From positions 89,590,001 to 89,654,000 of the forward strand of contig OX597824.1 in the NCBI GenBank assembly GCA_951406725.2: DNA of 64,000 bases, in the 5' to 3' direction. How positions within the stretch are numbered: the stretch's first letter is position 1; each line of letters starts with the position of its first letter. Under the pieces are notes generated by a model that saw nothing but the letters and a program-made list of their open reading frames with translations, was not told where the DNA came from and made no database searches. This stretch comes from Octopus vulgaris. Taxonomy: Eukaryota. This document shows positions 1 through 24,481 of this stretch, piece by piece. The position numbers were made by a program, and so were the translations under genes.

Positions 1-7
1 AAATATA

Positions 8-420
8 TATTTCTTTACTACCCACAAGGGGCTAAACACAGAGAGGACAAACAAGGACAGAAAAACGGATTAAGTCGATTATTTCGACCCCAATGCGTAA
101 CTGGTACTTATTTAATCGACCCCGAAAGGATGAAAGGCAAAGTCGACCTCGGCGGAATTTGAACTCGGAACGTAAAGACAGACGAAATACCTATTTCTTT
201 ACTACCCACAAGGGGCTAAACACAGAAGGGACAAACAAGGACAGAAAAACGGATTAAGTCGAATATATCGACCCCAGTGTGCAACTGGTACTTATTTAAT
301 TGACCCCGAAAGGATGAAAGGCAAAGTCGACCTCGGCGGAATTTGAACTCAGAACGTAGCGGCAGACGAAATACCGCAAAGCATTTCGCCCGGCGTGCTA
401 ACGTTTCTGCCAGCTCACCG
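8..420 (-). mobile_element. SINE family B, tandem dimer
   Basis: tRNA-like head (GGCAGAAACGTTAGC...GAGTTCAAATTCC); two ~185-bp bodies. Confidence 0.8.
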
Positions 421-1247
421 TCCCCGATGCTCCAATTATTACTGGTATTGTTTTGTTGTAGTCATTATGACTATTTTTTTTGTTTTTTGTTAGCAATTAA
501 AAGAATTAACTTCAATGTTATTGTTGTCCCAGCGAATATTTTTTGTTAGTATTTAAAAGCATTATTTTTCGAGTTCATATTTTCGTTGACCCATCGCCAA
601 CGCCGCCACCTCAACCAACAATACCACCACCACCGCCACCACCACCACCATTAACAACAACGATTCATTATTTCACAAAAGCATTTCTCCTGCAACAGCA
701 ACAACGCAAAAACTAACAACGATAACAACAAAATTATTTTTGCACTTTGGTACACAAAGACTTATTCTAAATAACAATAATAACAACAACAAGAACAACT
801 ACACAAACAACATCATGAAAATAAACAGTAACAACCACAAATTACCCCATAAAATGTATTACAGCTTGCTAAAATGAAACTCTTATGCTTAAAAAGTGAA
901 ACTTGTAGACAAATAGCAAAGCCATTAACTGTTTTGCGCATTTATGACAATGCCACAAACACAGAAACTGGGTCACTTGGCGCCTGCAAGGCTTCGCATA
1001 TACGATGGAGTGGTGAAAAGTTCCAGGGTTTGGGTAAAAGAAAATGCTGGAGGATCGGTTCATATTTGATTTTATTCTATATATTTCCCCTCTCAGATTC
1101 AAACACTTAATGCAGTGGTCCTTCAGTTTTTCTAAGCCCTGTAAAACAACTCGGAAGGTTGGGGCCCCAGCCAGGCCTTTCGCAATACCCTTAAAACCAA
1201 GAACTTTTCAGTACACCACCTTGTGTGTGTGTGTGTACGTATATACA

Positions 1248-1640
1248 TGGAAGCACTCCGTCGGTTACGACGACGAGGGTTCCGGTTGATCCGAATCAAC
1301 GGAACAGCCTGCTCGTGAAATTAACGTGTAAGTGGCTGAGCAATCCACAGACACGTGCACCCTTAACGTAGTTCTCGGGGATATTCAAAATATTCAGCGT
1401 GACACAGAGAGTGACAAGGCCGGCCCTTTGAAATACAGGTACAACAGAAACAGGAAGTAAGAGTGAGAGAAAGTTGTGGTGAAAGAGTACAGCAGGGATC
1501 ACCACAATCCCCTGCCGGAGCCTCGTGGAGCTTTAGGTGTTTTCGCTCAATAAACGCTCACAATGCCCGGTCTGGGAATCGAAACCGCGATCCTATGACC
1601 GCGAGTCCGCTGCCCTAACCACTGGGCCATTGCGCCTCCA
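1248..1640 (-). mobile_element. SINE family C
   Basis: A/B boxes TGGCCCAGTGG / GTTTCGATTCC; near-identical copies at 42963, 50278 and 54067. Confidence 0.85.
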
Positions 1641-1645
1641 CTACG

Positions 1646-1763
<118 letters not shown>

Positions 1764-2084
1764 CAAAATGGGACAAGAACGCAAAACAACAACTACACAA
1801 ACAACATCACAAAAATAAACAGTAACAACCACAAATTACCCCATAAAATGTATTACAGCTTGCTAAAATGAAACTCTTATGCTTAAAAAGTGAAACTTGC
1901 AGACAAATAGCAAAGCCGTTAAATGTTTTGCGCATTTATGACAATACCACAAACACACAAACTGGGTCACTTGGCGCCTGTTTGGTCGACCAAATAGACG
2001 ACACAAAAAAAAAAAAAGGACGGGTCATTCGAAGCCTCTAATCTTCAGTCAAGATCTTTCTTGACTGAGATTAGCGACTGAAGA

Positions 2085-2500
2085 TCTTAGAACAACTCAA
2101 TGACCAGCAAATCCGCTGAAACTTAGATAGCAATGCCGATAAACGAATCTTGAGCAAAACTGGCAAATTTACCAACAAATTCAAGGATGACATAAGAAAA
2201 AATGAGTTAGATTACCTCATTAATTTTGAAGAGAAAACAAGTAATTTTAAAGGACTCCTTAAAATACATAAATCCAAACAGATCAGCAGCAGCCTAAAAG
2301 ACCTTCATACTCCATACATAAAGGATTCCCAAACCTAGGCGCAGGAGTGGCTGTGTGGTAAGTTGCTTGCTAAACAACCACATGGTTCCGGGTTCAGTCC
2401 CACTGCGTGGCATCTTGGGCAAGTGTCTTCTGCTATAGCCCCGGACCGACCAATGCCTTGTGAGTGGATTTGGTAGACGGAAACTGAAAGGAGCCTGTCG

Positions 2501-2553
<53 letters not shown>

Positions 2554-3190
2554 TTGTGTGTCTGTGTTTGTCCCCCTAGCATTGCTTGACAACCGATGCT
2601 GGTGTGTTTACGTCCCCGTCACTTAGCGATTCAGCAAAAGAGACTGATAGAATAAGTACTAGGCTTACAAAGAATAAGTCCCGCGGTCGATTTGCTCGAC
2701 TAAAGGCGGTGCTCCAGCATGGCCGCAGTCAAATGACTGAAACAAGTAAAAGAGTAAACCAACTGATCCCAAATTGAGTCTGATTGTTGCAGAACCAGCA
2801 TCCAGCACCCAAAGATTAAGCAGCTTGCTGGACATAATCTTAAAACTTTTATGTAGATTAGTTCCCAGTAACATCAGAGATGACAGGGACTTCTTAAACT
2901 ATATCCCAGAACGGGTAGATAAAGAGATAGTACAATTTAGTGTTGACTTAACTAGTCTCTATACAAATATTCCCCATATATATGGACTAAAAGCAATAGA
3001 ATTCTGGATAAAGAAGCACCCACAAAGCATTCAGGAGAGATTCTCAAAAGAATTTACATTTAAAGGTTTACAGATAGTACCGGAAAAGAACTACCTCTTC
3101 TTTGATAACCAATATTATCTACAAATACAAGGCCCTGCGATGGGGACGAAAGTCACTCCAACATTTACTACTCTTGTCATGGGATACCTA
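2085..3190 (+). mobile_element. Penelope-like element reverse transcriptase remnant, interrupted by a SINE at 2337-2755
   Basis: KGLLKIHKSK...SLIVAEPASST...DLTSLYTNIP...YYLQIQGPAMGTKVTPTF match PLE RT motifs; truncated before the catalytic DD. Confidence 0.85.
2337..2755 (+). mobile_element. SINE family A with internal (TA)n(TG)n
   Basis: Head TGGCTGTGTGG...GGTTCAGTCC; more than 15 copies or fragments in the window. Confidence 0.85.
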
Positions 3191-3554
3191 GATGTGTGCA
3201 ATGATCGTTTGTAATGCCGCAGCAAATTTAAAAGGTGGTCTTAGGGATTTTATTAATTTGCCTGCTTTTGTCTTTGTGTTTAATTGAAAACTTGTAGTTT
3301 GGCCATTTTGACTGCTATATTTAGCATGCCGATACCGCCTTTTAGTACCCTTAATTATTAATTGATAATTTTTACATTAATTTTTTTTTACGCATTCTAA
3401 GCCAGTGATATTATTATAAACAATAATATCTTCATATATATTTATAAAATATCTATTTACTTCGATCACCTTTTAAACTTTGCAGCGGTGTTAAAAACGG
3501 TCTTCGCACATATTGGTTGAGATGAATAAACACTACAACCCTGGGGTCAGTAAG

Positions 3555-3600
3555 ACTCGCTGAGGATGAACTCAAAGTTCGAAATCACGGTGATACGGGT
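3555..3600 (+). ncRNA. Type I hammerhead ribozyme motif
   Basis: Stem I ACTCG/CGGGT, core CTGAGGA, stem II GAAC-TCAAA-GTTC, GAAA, stem III ATCAC-G-GTGAT, AUA triplet. Confidence 0.75.
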
Positions 3601-3818
3601 ATGTCTGACTTTTTCCACTTTCGGTTATTTTCATCATTGCTACGGGGGTCTTAGTATTTTTTATTCAGTTGCCCGTTTTAGCCTTTATGTTTATATGGAA
3701 GCGTGTGGTTTGGTAATTTTGGCTGCTATGTTAGCATGCCGGTACAACCTGTTAGTACACTTAATTATTAATATATATATATATATATACATATATATAC
3801 ATACATACATATATATAC

Positions 3819-3879
<61 letters not shown>

Positions 3880-4654
3880 ATGTATATATATAATTATATA
3901 TATTCTTGGTTTAGCCTGTTTCCGAAATCCATCGCTAAACATTTTCTTCAAGAAAAAAATCCCCGAAGTTGTCATTTTCTTGCTTTCTCAGCGTATCATA
4001 TTACAAACGGATAAACGCGGAGAAAAAATAACAAAAAAAAAAAAAAAAACATCGAGAAGCATTCTTCAGGAAATAGGAACCCAAATATTTCAAATAAAAC
4101 ACTCATTCTCTCATTCTTAATTTAGAAAGTTACTTTGGATGAAGGAACAGTCGACTTTATTAAATCCATTGCGTCACTAATTCTAATTTTATCGAAATTA
4201 AGTCAATCAGAAACATTACGAGTACAATTAACTGCATTTCACTAGATCGTCTGCTAAGTAAAGCAATCATCGCCATTTGAAGTCGGCAATGTCCTTATTT
4301 AGAATTGGTCGATCAGATTAAATCAAACCTCAAATAAGCGGAGAATACGGATGTGGTTTACAGACTATAAGGAGAGTTTCGTTCCATCTAATTGTATGTA
4401 TATTGTATTCTCTTATTTTGAACAAAAAAAAAAAACATCTTACTGCCATTGCTATTATTAGCTTCCACGACTATTCATGCTTTCCTTTATAATTTCCAGT
4501 CCCGTCATATTATTTACTCTCATTTAATGTATTATCTCTTCTCGTTTGGTCTTTCGAGTTTTCCCGCATTTATTTTTATCCCTTAGATGTACTCGTCCGT
4601 TGACCTTTTTTTTCTTTCTGTGTGTGCGGTGCTGTGTGTGTGTGTGTGTGTTTG

Positions 4655-4727
<73 letters not shown>

Positions 4728-4979
4728 TTATTTGAGGGAATATTAATCCTAACTTACAGGGAAAAAAATTCAATTTAGAAATATTAAATCAAATTTCACA
4801 CAATATGATATATATATATATAAAATTAGAAAGAACCTCCTTTTATCAATTCAAAATGAACAATTAAATTACACCATCTAGAAAATTACATATAATAGAA
4901 ATATCAAAATTAAAATTACAATAAAATACCAATGATAAAGTAAATTGCAAATAAATAATAAAAACGTATATAATTGGTG

Positions 4980-5011
<32 letters not shown>

Positions 5012-5020
5012 ATAAACATA

Positions 5021-6270
5021 CAGGGTCTTGCAAATAAATTGAGACCAATTTTAAGCAGTTGACTTCGTGGGTTTAACATTTCAGCTTTTCCCAAAACCTC
5101 TTTTTTCCAGGTAAATAGCGAAGTGATTCGACAACAGAAAGTCATGGAACTACAGAATCGTTTCGTCATTGTTGTTTTGGTGCAGCCGGGATACTGCGAA
5201 TAAAATTAAGTTGACGAAACATCCAAAAGCAACAGTTTATCGTATGTGCATAAGCAATTTAAAGGGGGAAAGATTGATAGTAAAGAACACAAGACTCAAA
5301 GTGATTCCAAGCACAATCCAAAGTTTCTAGCTTGTCTCAAACGCTCGATTGAAGCCAACACATCCACATCCATGACCGCTTTTGCAAAGAAACGCAAAGT
5401 GCCCCTTTCCACGGTATCCAGAGCTGTGAACAGGAACCTTGGCATGACTAGTTATGTTTGACGACGCCGTCACCGCGTAACGGTCAGGGCCAAAGCAATC
5501 AGAGCCAAGAGATGCCCGAAGTTTCTGTCATTCATCAAGTATCGTCCCCTGCCCAATTCAAGATCACAACATACATGTACACTGCAACATAATTTCTTTT
5601 CCTCAACAGGCCCTGCCCTATTTAACATTGTCCCGAGGGAGATCAAAGAGGAAAAGGATCCCATCAACTTTAAACGGAGTCTTGATAGATTCCTTCAAAG
5701 AATACCAGATAAGCCACCCATAATTGGATACAACTCACCCAACAAGAACTCACTACTTGAACAAAACTTGACTTAAACAGGATTCGAATAATCCTATCAG
5801 GTGGTGCTATTAAGTTAGACATGGCCTGGACCAATCTTTGGTCGAAACATACCTAAGTTTATCTAAGTTCATTTATTATCAAGGTGCAGGAAAAAAACTC
5901 TCCTTTATGTGGAAGAGAAAAGGTTCACTGTGGACGCTGAGGTAAATCACAGAAATTCTCGAGTGATTGCATACCACCCTTCTGACATCCCTCACCCACA
6001 GTGTTTGAGACTAAGAATCCTGCCTCTGTGATGGTATTTGGAACCGTGGCGAGTGATGGAAGTGTCATGGATCCTTACATCATTGGGTCTGGCTGGGAGA
6101 TCGTCACAAAGGAGTATCTGGACATCCTGAAGAACTCTCGATTACCACTTGAAAAGGAAGGTGAGAACGGAAAGGCAGGTTTTGTCTTGTGAAAGTTTCC
6201 AAAAAAGGTGGGTGAATGTAGCAAAGATGGTGCGTGCGAATGACGAAACCACTTTGAGCATGATCCTGTA
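5021..6270 (+). mobile_element. Tc1/mariner-superfamily transposon remnant
   Basis: TA|CAGGGT start; HTH-like SKATVYR and VPLSTVSRAV segments; KNPASVMVFGTVASDG...EYLDIL; frameshifted. Confidence 0.7.
5540..5868 (+). mobile_element. CR1/L2-like LINE 3' end nested in the Tc1 element
   Basis: FSSTGPALFNIVPREIK...FKRSLDRFLQRIPDKP resembles a LINE ORF2 C-terminus; short CTAAGTT tail repeats. Confidence 0.65.
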
Positions 6271-6274
6271 AATC

Positions 6275-6310
<36 letters not shown>

Positions 6311-6444
6311 ACTTTGATCTCATGTATTTTTCTTCCTCCCTGCCTGAGGTCACCGTGGTCTTTTCTGTAGGCTTTTCTTTCCATAGATGAACCTAATCTT
6401 GTTTGTTACTTTGAAAGAAAAAAAATTTGTCTTTCTGTGATACA

Positions 6445-6580
6445 CGATCCCTTTTGATCGCTTTTTTTTTCTTCCGATCCCTTTTGATCGCTTTTTTTTT
6501 CTTCCGATCCCTTTTGATCGCTTTTTTTTTCTTCCGATCCCTTTTGATCGCTTTTTTTTTCTTCCGATCCCTTTTGATCG
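6445..6580. repeat. 30-bp minisatellite x4.5
   Basis: Exact copies of a unit made of CGATCCCTTTTGATCGC, a T9 run and CTTC. Confidence 0.9.
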
Positions 6581-6715
6581 AAATTTTACATTTGTTTCCT
6601 TTTTTTCTTCTTTCACCTTTTCCACCTCCGAAACGAAAAGCTCTACATTTGTAATTGTCCCCTCTGTGTCCAGCCCTGTGTGGCCAATAAAGAAAGTTAT
6701 CTATCTATCTATCTT

Positions 6716-6762
<47 letters not shown>

Positions 6763-6767
6763 GCCAG

Positions 6768-6901
<134 letters not shown>

Positions 6902-7132
6902 CTTTCTGTATGTATGTATGTAAACAACACTGTCCTCGTTTTGATGGAATGTCGGCGACTGTATTGTAACAAGACCACAAAGAATGTAAACATATAAGTT
7001 GGCAGTTGCATAATGAACATTGAAAACCTTGTTTTTCTGCAATCGTCTTCTTTTTATGCTTGACATATTTCAAGGAACGATAAGGTGGTCGTATAATATT
7101 CAGTCGTCTGAATTTTGTATTCCCAATCTTAT

Positions 7133-7297
7133 GGCGTAGGAGTGGCTGTGTGGTAAATAGCTTGTTTACCAACCACATGGTTCCGGGTTCAGTCCCACTG
7201 CGTGGCACCTTGGGCAAGTATCTTCTACAATAGCCTCGGGTCGACCAAAGCCTTGTGAGTGGATTTGGTACACGGAAACTGAAAGAAGCCCGTCGTA

Positions 7298-7337
<40 letters not shown>

Positions 7338-7676
7338 AAAAAGACCCCCATCGGTCATGAATGACCACGGGATTGCACCTAGAAAGTTACCCTCCTAGGC
7401 ACAAGTCCGGGCAAGGTTGTTTATGGAAGACCAGCAGTCGCTCATGCATACCAGCCTCCCCTCTCCACACCACCAGTATTATCCAAGGGAAAGACAAAGG
7501 TCGATACAGCTTGGCACCAGCGACGTCGCAACTCATTTCTACAGCTGAGTGAACTGGAGCAACGTGAAATAAAGTGCCTTGCTCAAGAACACAACACGCA
7601 GCCCGGTCCGGGATTCGAGCTCACAACCTCACGATCGTAAGCTCGACGCTCTAACCACTGAGCCATGCGCCTTCAC

Positions 7677-7767
<91 letters not shown>

Positions 7768-7980
7768 CTGCGTGTGTGTGTGTGTTTGTCCCCCCAACAT
7801 CGCTTGACAACCAATGCTAGTGTGTTTACGTCCCTGTAACTTAGCGGTTCGGAAAAAGAGACCGATAGAATAAGTACTAGGCTTACAAAGAATAAGTCCT
7901 GGGAGTCGATTTGCTCGTCTAAAGGCGGTGCTCCATCATGGCCACAGTCAAATGACTGAAGCAAGTAAATGAGTAAAAGA
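7133..7980 (+). mobile_element. SINE A with an antisense SINE family D (7333-7676) nested in its microsatellite
   Basis: SINE A head and tail flank a tRNA-headed element that also occurs at 46590-46939. Confidence 0.85.
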
Positions 7981-8420
7981 GAATCCTTTACTAAACATAT
8001 TTCCTCTATGTGTCTGTCTCTCTCTCTCCCTTTCACTCTCTCTCCCTAGTTTCTTTTTTGTAATTGGTGAAAAGGTGCTGAGTTCATAACCATTTTAGGT
8101 CCGCCCCAGGCTGGGGAGGAGACACGAAGAGGAGAATCCCCCCAAAAGTCGATACTAAGGGGAAAGGAGGGTTAGGGATATTGCTTATAGTGAGGCTGTA
8201 CACACCAAGGCGTTGAGAAGTGGAGAGACGAGTGGATCGGGGGTACCCGAGGGTGGGAGACACGAGAGCAGCCAGCTGTGAGGACCAGAGTCAGTACAGA
8301 CGCCATAGAAAGGAATAAAAATTAAGAGAGAGAGAGAACGAAAGAGACGTGAGCTCACTTGTGGACCAAAGCCTGGAGTGTGTGTCAATGATCGAGTGCC
8401 AATCCAGAGGTGGACATATA

Positions 8421-8473
<53 letters not shown>

Positions 8474-8556
8474 TCAAAAATAAGCAACAAGAATGACTCC
8501 GGTAATTTGGTACGATTTGATTTGAAAGCTTTTGTATTATTGGAAAACGTATATAA

Positions 8557-8642
8557 TTGGCTGAAGAGCACTCAGCATCTTAAATCTGCTGTAATACTTA
8601 CAACTTTTAATAAAATGTTGTAGTGCGAAACAATTGTACCAA
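8557..8642 (+). ncRNA. Type I hammerhead ribozyme motif with branched stem II
   Basis: Stem I TTGG/CCAA, CTGAAGA, stem II GCACT...AGTGC, GAAA, palindromic stem III ACAATTGT, GUA triplet. Confidence 0.8.
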
Positions 8643-8774
8643 ATTACCGGAGTCATTCTTGTTGCTTATTTTTTATTATAATCACCCCGCAAATTTTTAT
8701 GGATAACACCATACAAAATTCAAAATGCATCCAAATTAAGTACCATATTCATTCGAATCTAAATTGTTGCTAAA

Positions 8775-8816
<42 letters not shown>

Positions 8817-10293
8817 TGTGTGTGTGTGTGGAGGGGGGTATATTTGCGTCTGTTTGTCCCCTACCATCTCTTGGCACCGACGTTGGTGTGTTTACCTCTC
8901 CGTAACTTAGCGGTTCAGCAAGAAGAGTTCGATAGAATTACTCCTCAGGCTGAAAAAGTAAGTACTGGTGTCGATTCCATCGACTAAAATTCCTCAAGGC
9001 AGTGCCCCAGCATGGTCGTAGTCTAATGACTAAACTCACCGAGGTCAACTTTGCTTTACAGAATCGTTAAAATAAAGTATCCGCAAATACTGAGATCGAT
9101 TTTTATTGAATCCCATCCATTTCTACAATTTCCTTGCTTTGTGCCTAAGTAAAAAAAAAGCAAAAAAACATTCGTCTCTCTTTATATTCTGAGTTCGAAT
9201 CCCACCAAGGTTTACTTTTCCTTCAATTTTACAATAACAATGTCCATAAGATCGCCTGTTCCCCCTCGGAAATGTTACACTCTGTGTCTACTTTTGATCA
9301 TATTGCCTCCGGTTAAGCATACACCAATGAAATCTTAGGAACATTCACCTTCTAGAAAAGCGGAAAATACGATAAATAAATATACGGAATGACCGAGGGG
9401 AAATAAAAATAAAACCTCTATTAAGTACCATTGAAATTTTGGCACGTGTCGCCAAATATTTCTAATTTTAACACTTTAAAATAACTTTTCATCAACTTGT
9501 TTTAAAACTTTCATGAATCATACACTTTTATTTAAACAGCTTCAATGGGTGCAGGTTTCAAAAAGGACCAGTCATTGGTAACACGCTTCTAAGAATACCA
9601 GGGATTGGTTGAACGTTTCTTAAGTGGAGCAATCATTGATTCCCTGGTTTTGCTAAGACGAGAGTGACAAAGGAATGTCAATGCAACTCGAATGCTAAAA
9701 GGTTTTGTATAACACTGAAAAATAAATAGTAAATGTAAATCTGAGAAAAGCCATAAAGCTGTCTTTTGTAAAATATTACCTTCTGACAACATTTTACAAA
9801 GGCAGGTTCATAGATCTTTTCATAGATTTACGTTTGCTATTTATATTTCAGTAATATACAAAACCTTTTAGCATTCTGTGGGTTTTCCCCCCTGTCTTTT
9901 CCTAACGTCCTTATTTCTTTATTTAAAGAACCTCAGCTAATCATAGCCGAAGTAGTGATAAAAGGGTCACTATACGGATATACAATATCGTAAAGAGTTA
10001 ACAGTTCAAAGTTAACATATTTAAAAAGAATCAAGGATATTTTAAATACGCTAAAATTTTTCGTACTTATTCGATTACGTTATTGTACGCCATATTAGTG
10101 ATTCTCTCATCACCACTTCAGATGAAGCCTGTTTCGCTGAGGAGGTCTAATAAAGGCGTCACATGTCCGGTGTTGTCTCCCGTGTTTGTCGTGAGGAATA
10201 AAATAAAATATTAGTCATTGAGCTAATCTTGTCGTTTCGTCGCCGTTTAAAATATTTCTGATTAAGTATTTAATAATTGCAATATTATATATG

Positions 10294-10730
10294 AAGGCGG
10301 CGACCTGGCAGAATCGTTAGCACACCGGGCAAAATACTTAGCGGTATTTCGTCTGCCGCTACATTTTGAGTTCAAATTCCGCCGAGGTCGACTTTGCTTT
10401 TCATCCTTTCGGGGTCGATAAATTAAGTACCAGTAGCGTACTGGGGTCGATCTAATCGACTGGCTCCTTCCCCAAAAATTTCGAGCCTTGTGACTAGAGT
10501 AGAAAAGAATATTAAGGCGGCGATTTGGTTGAATCTTTAGCATGCCGGATAAAACGATTACAGGCATTTCTTCCAGCTCTTTATGTTCTGAGTTTAAATA
10601 TCACCGCGTTCAATTTTGCCTTTCGTTTCTTCAGAGTGAATAAAATAAAGTACCAGTCGAATACTGGGGTCAACGTATTCATTTGTTACGTCCCTCTCAA
10701 AACTGTCCGACTGGCATCAAAACTAGTGCC
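10294..10730 (+). mobile_element. SINE B-like copies (two, the second more diverged)
   Basis: GGCGGCGACCTGGCAGAATCGTTAGC...TTTCATCCTTTCGGGGTCGATAAATTAAGTACCAG. Confidence 0.75.
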
Positions 10731-11092
10731 AAAACTGCGGTGGACTGGCGTCTCGTTCGAGGGGTCAGTTGTGACCCCGGTCATTTATGCGCCATGGAAG
10801 CCGGGTCATAGGGCTCAAGAAAAAAAACATTGTAATTTCAAGGATGATTTAACTACTCTTTCTAGCAAGAGGATCTCTACGAAGAAGCTCTCTCATTCCT
10901 TCGGCACTTTAGTTATTTGTATGTGTATCGTAATGACTTGATCTGTATTTCTGCAGGAATGGATATGTGGTTGAGAAGATAACTCTTAGAACTCTGGTTT
11001 CGTAAACGATCTCACAGCACGACATTTTGAGAAAATACTTTCTACCACAGTCACGTGACAACCAAAGCCATACGAGTAAAATTTGTAAAAAC

Positions 11093-11693
11093 AGGCGCAG
11101 GCGTGGCCGTGTGGTAAGAAGCTTGCTTCCCAATCACGTGGTTTTGTGTTCAGTCCCACTGTGTGGCACTTGGGTAAGTATCTCCTGCTTTTGTCCCGGG
11201 CTGACAAATAAAAAAAATCCTTGTGAGGACGGAAACTGAAAGAAGCTTGTCGTATATATACACGTGTAGGAGTGGCTGTGTGGTAAGTAGCTTGCTAACA
11301 AACCACATGGTTCCGGGTTCAGTCCTACTGCGTGGCATCTTGGGCAAGTGTCTTCTGCTATAGCCCCGGGCCGACCAATGCCTTGTGAGTGGATTTGGTA
11401 GACGGAAACTGCAAGAAGCCTATCGTATATATGTATATATATATATATATGTGTGTGTTTTTGTGTGTCTGTGTTTGTCCCCCTAGCATTGCATGACAAC
11501 CGATGCTGGTGTGTTTACGTCCCCGTCACTTAGCGGTTCGGCAAAAAAGAGACCGATAGAATAAGTACTGGGCTTACAAAGAATAAGTCCCGGGGTCGAG
11601 TTGCTCAATTAAAGGCGGTGCTCCAGCATGGCCGCAGTCAAATGACTGAAACAAGTAAAAGAGAAAAGAGAAAGAGAAAAGAGTGTGTGTATA

Positions 11694-11738
<45 letters not shown>

Positions 11739-11965
11739 TTCTTTACTACCCACAAGGGGCTAAACACAGACGGGACAAACAAGGACAGACAAACGGATTA
11801 AGTCGATTATATCGACCCCAGTGTGTAACTGGTACTTAATTTATCGACCCCGAAAGGATGAAAGGCAAAGTCGACCTCGGCGGAATTTGAACTCGGAACG
11901 TGACGACAGATGAAATACAGCTACGCATTTCGCCCAGCGTGCTAACGTTTCTGCCAGCTCGCCGC
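11093..11965. mobile_element. SINE A partial plus SINE A (+, to ~11680) followed by SINE B (-, 11737-11965)
   Basis: Similarity to other copies in the window. Confidence 0.8.
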
Positions 11966-12037
11966 CATATATGTCCCTGAATAACTGAAACCAGTAAAAG
12001 ATAAAAGAAAAGCAATAATAAGTTCCTTGTGATATAT

Positions 12038-12043
12038 TTTATT
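12038..12043 (-). terminator. Poly(A) signal candidate for NPC2-A
   Basis: AATAAA about 100 nt after the stop, followed by T-rich sequence on the minus strand. Confidence 0.5.
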
Positions 12044-12142
12044 CCCTGTTTTTTTGTGTTAACGGTAAAAGGCCGTTGTGAGAAACGACGCATGCGTTTG
12101 GACGACATTCCCGTTCACAGCAGGAATGAACAAGTTGGGTTT

Positions 12143-22827
<10,685 letters not shown>

Positions 22828-22895
22828 GTTGGGTATTGCGGTCGTTTGTGAAGAAGCTGTGACAGAGAGGTAGAAATTTTTGGAAGAAACCGCTG

Positions 22896-22903
22896 TTTAT
22901 ATA
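22896..22903 (-). promoter_or_regulatory. TATA box candidate for NPC2-A
   Basis: TATATAAA about 70 nt upstream of the ATG, in non-microsatellite sequence. Confidence 0.55.
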
Positions 22904-23040
22904 CATTTATACAAATATGTAAATGTATTGGAATGGTGCGGGGTGTGGTAGGGGTATTTGGAAAAGAGAAGGATACACAGAAACGGTCGTGTGTATGTGT
23001 GTGTGTGTATGCTAGTACGTACTAACAGTCACACACACAT

Positions 23041-23076
<36 letters not shown>

Positions 23077-23246
23077 TCACGTATATACATAAATATATGT
23101 GAGTGTATATATATGAACTTATGTACGTTGGGAGTGTGTATGTAGACGCAGGCCTATGCACGTGCATACGTTGTGGTTGGTGCAATGGTACTCACAGACT
23201 GTTGCCCTGAGATTAACAGGGAGAAAGAGAGAAAGAGAGAGAGAGA

Positions 23247-23314
<68 letters not shown>

Positions 23315-23422
23315 TGTGGGGGAGGTGAGATAATGTGACGTGGTTCGAAGAGGTGGGTGTGTGAGAGCGGTGCATGATATATATACAGATACATGTGTGT
23401 GTGTGTGTGTGTGTTTGTGTGT

Positions 23423-23481
<59 letters not shown>

Positions 23482-23586
23482 TACACACGCATATATATAC
23501 ATATATATATACATACATGCATATATACATATATACATATACATACATACATATACATACATATATATATATATACACACACACAT

Positions 23587-23649
<63 letters not shown>

Positions 23650-24113
23650 CTTCTCTGTCAACAAATTAGGAAAAAATAAATAAACGAGTCGTTGATAAAG
23701 GTTTGTTATATAATACTATTATATAAGGATGTCTTTTTTTATACTGAAGGTGACTTGTTGTCGAGGAAAGGATTGGAAGATCGATAAGGTTCAAGTTTTT
23801 CTTCAAGAAATGCAATTGGTCGAATGCAGGAAACACATGGAGGGGGTGAGAGAGAGAGAGAGGGAGAGAGAAAAGAGAAAGAGAGATGAGTGTGTTGAAT
23901 GAAAGGATCAATGACTCGGCTGGGCACCAGTTAATACGACACAAGATCAGCCAGAACGTCCCCTTCTCGTTAAACTCATTCTCGGACCTGTCTACAAGAG
24001 AAATTGGTACAGAGAATTCTAAAGCATCTCTAATCTTTTCTTTGCAAACGGCCTGAAGTTGTACTGTTCCGTTGTAAAATACAGCCCAAAATCTATTGGA
24101 TCTTATTACTCAA

Positions 24114-24481
24114 CTAGCACTATGACCCGGCGTTGCCGAGTCATAGAGAGCTAGTGCATGCACATACAGCTGCATGCGTGCACACATACACGCGAGTATT
24201 GTCCAAATCTCCGACCAATCGCATACAGCTAGCTGGCATTCAATTGGCGTATCAAGTTTCGGCCATTTTGATTGGGTTTTGGATAGAAAATTCACAAAAA
24301 AGTCACTTCTATTGATTTTTTTAATGGCTTTGCGGGGTGACTGGGGAATGTAAAGATGTGCACGACCATTCTTGGACGGTTTTGAATGACCATAGAAAGT
24401 TCGAGCCCTCTAACTGAAAAATTGTGGATTTTTATAAAGGACACACACACACACACATTTTGCCGTTTATATATATAGAGA
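24114..24481 (-). mobile_element. Non-autonomous Helitron
   Basis: Reverse complement A|TC...subterminal GC-rich hairpin (CTCGGCAACGCCGGG)...CTAG|T, no TSD. Confidence 0.75.

Noticed and set aside
869-1102. Cys/His-rich ORF faintly like a piggyBac C-terminal domain
   Set aside because: Cys spacing does not fit well, and no other transposase motifs or TTAA-TIR ends are seen
23690-24110. Possible GIY-YIG endonuclease remnant
   Set aside because: Too degraded to show the GIY/YIG motifs
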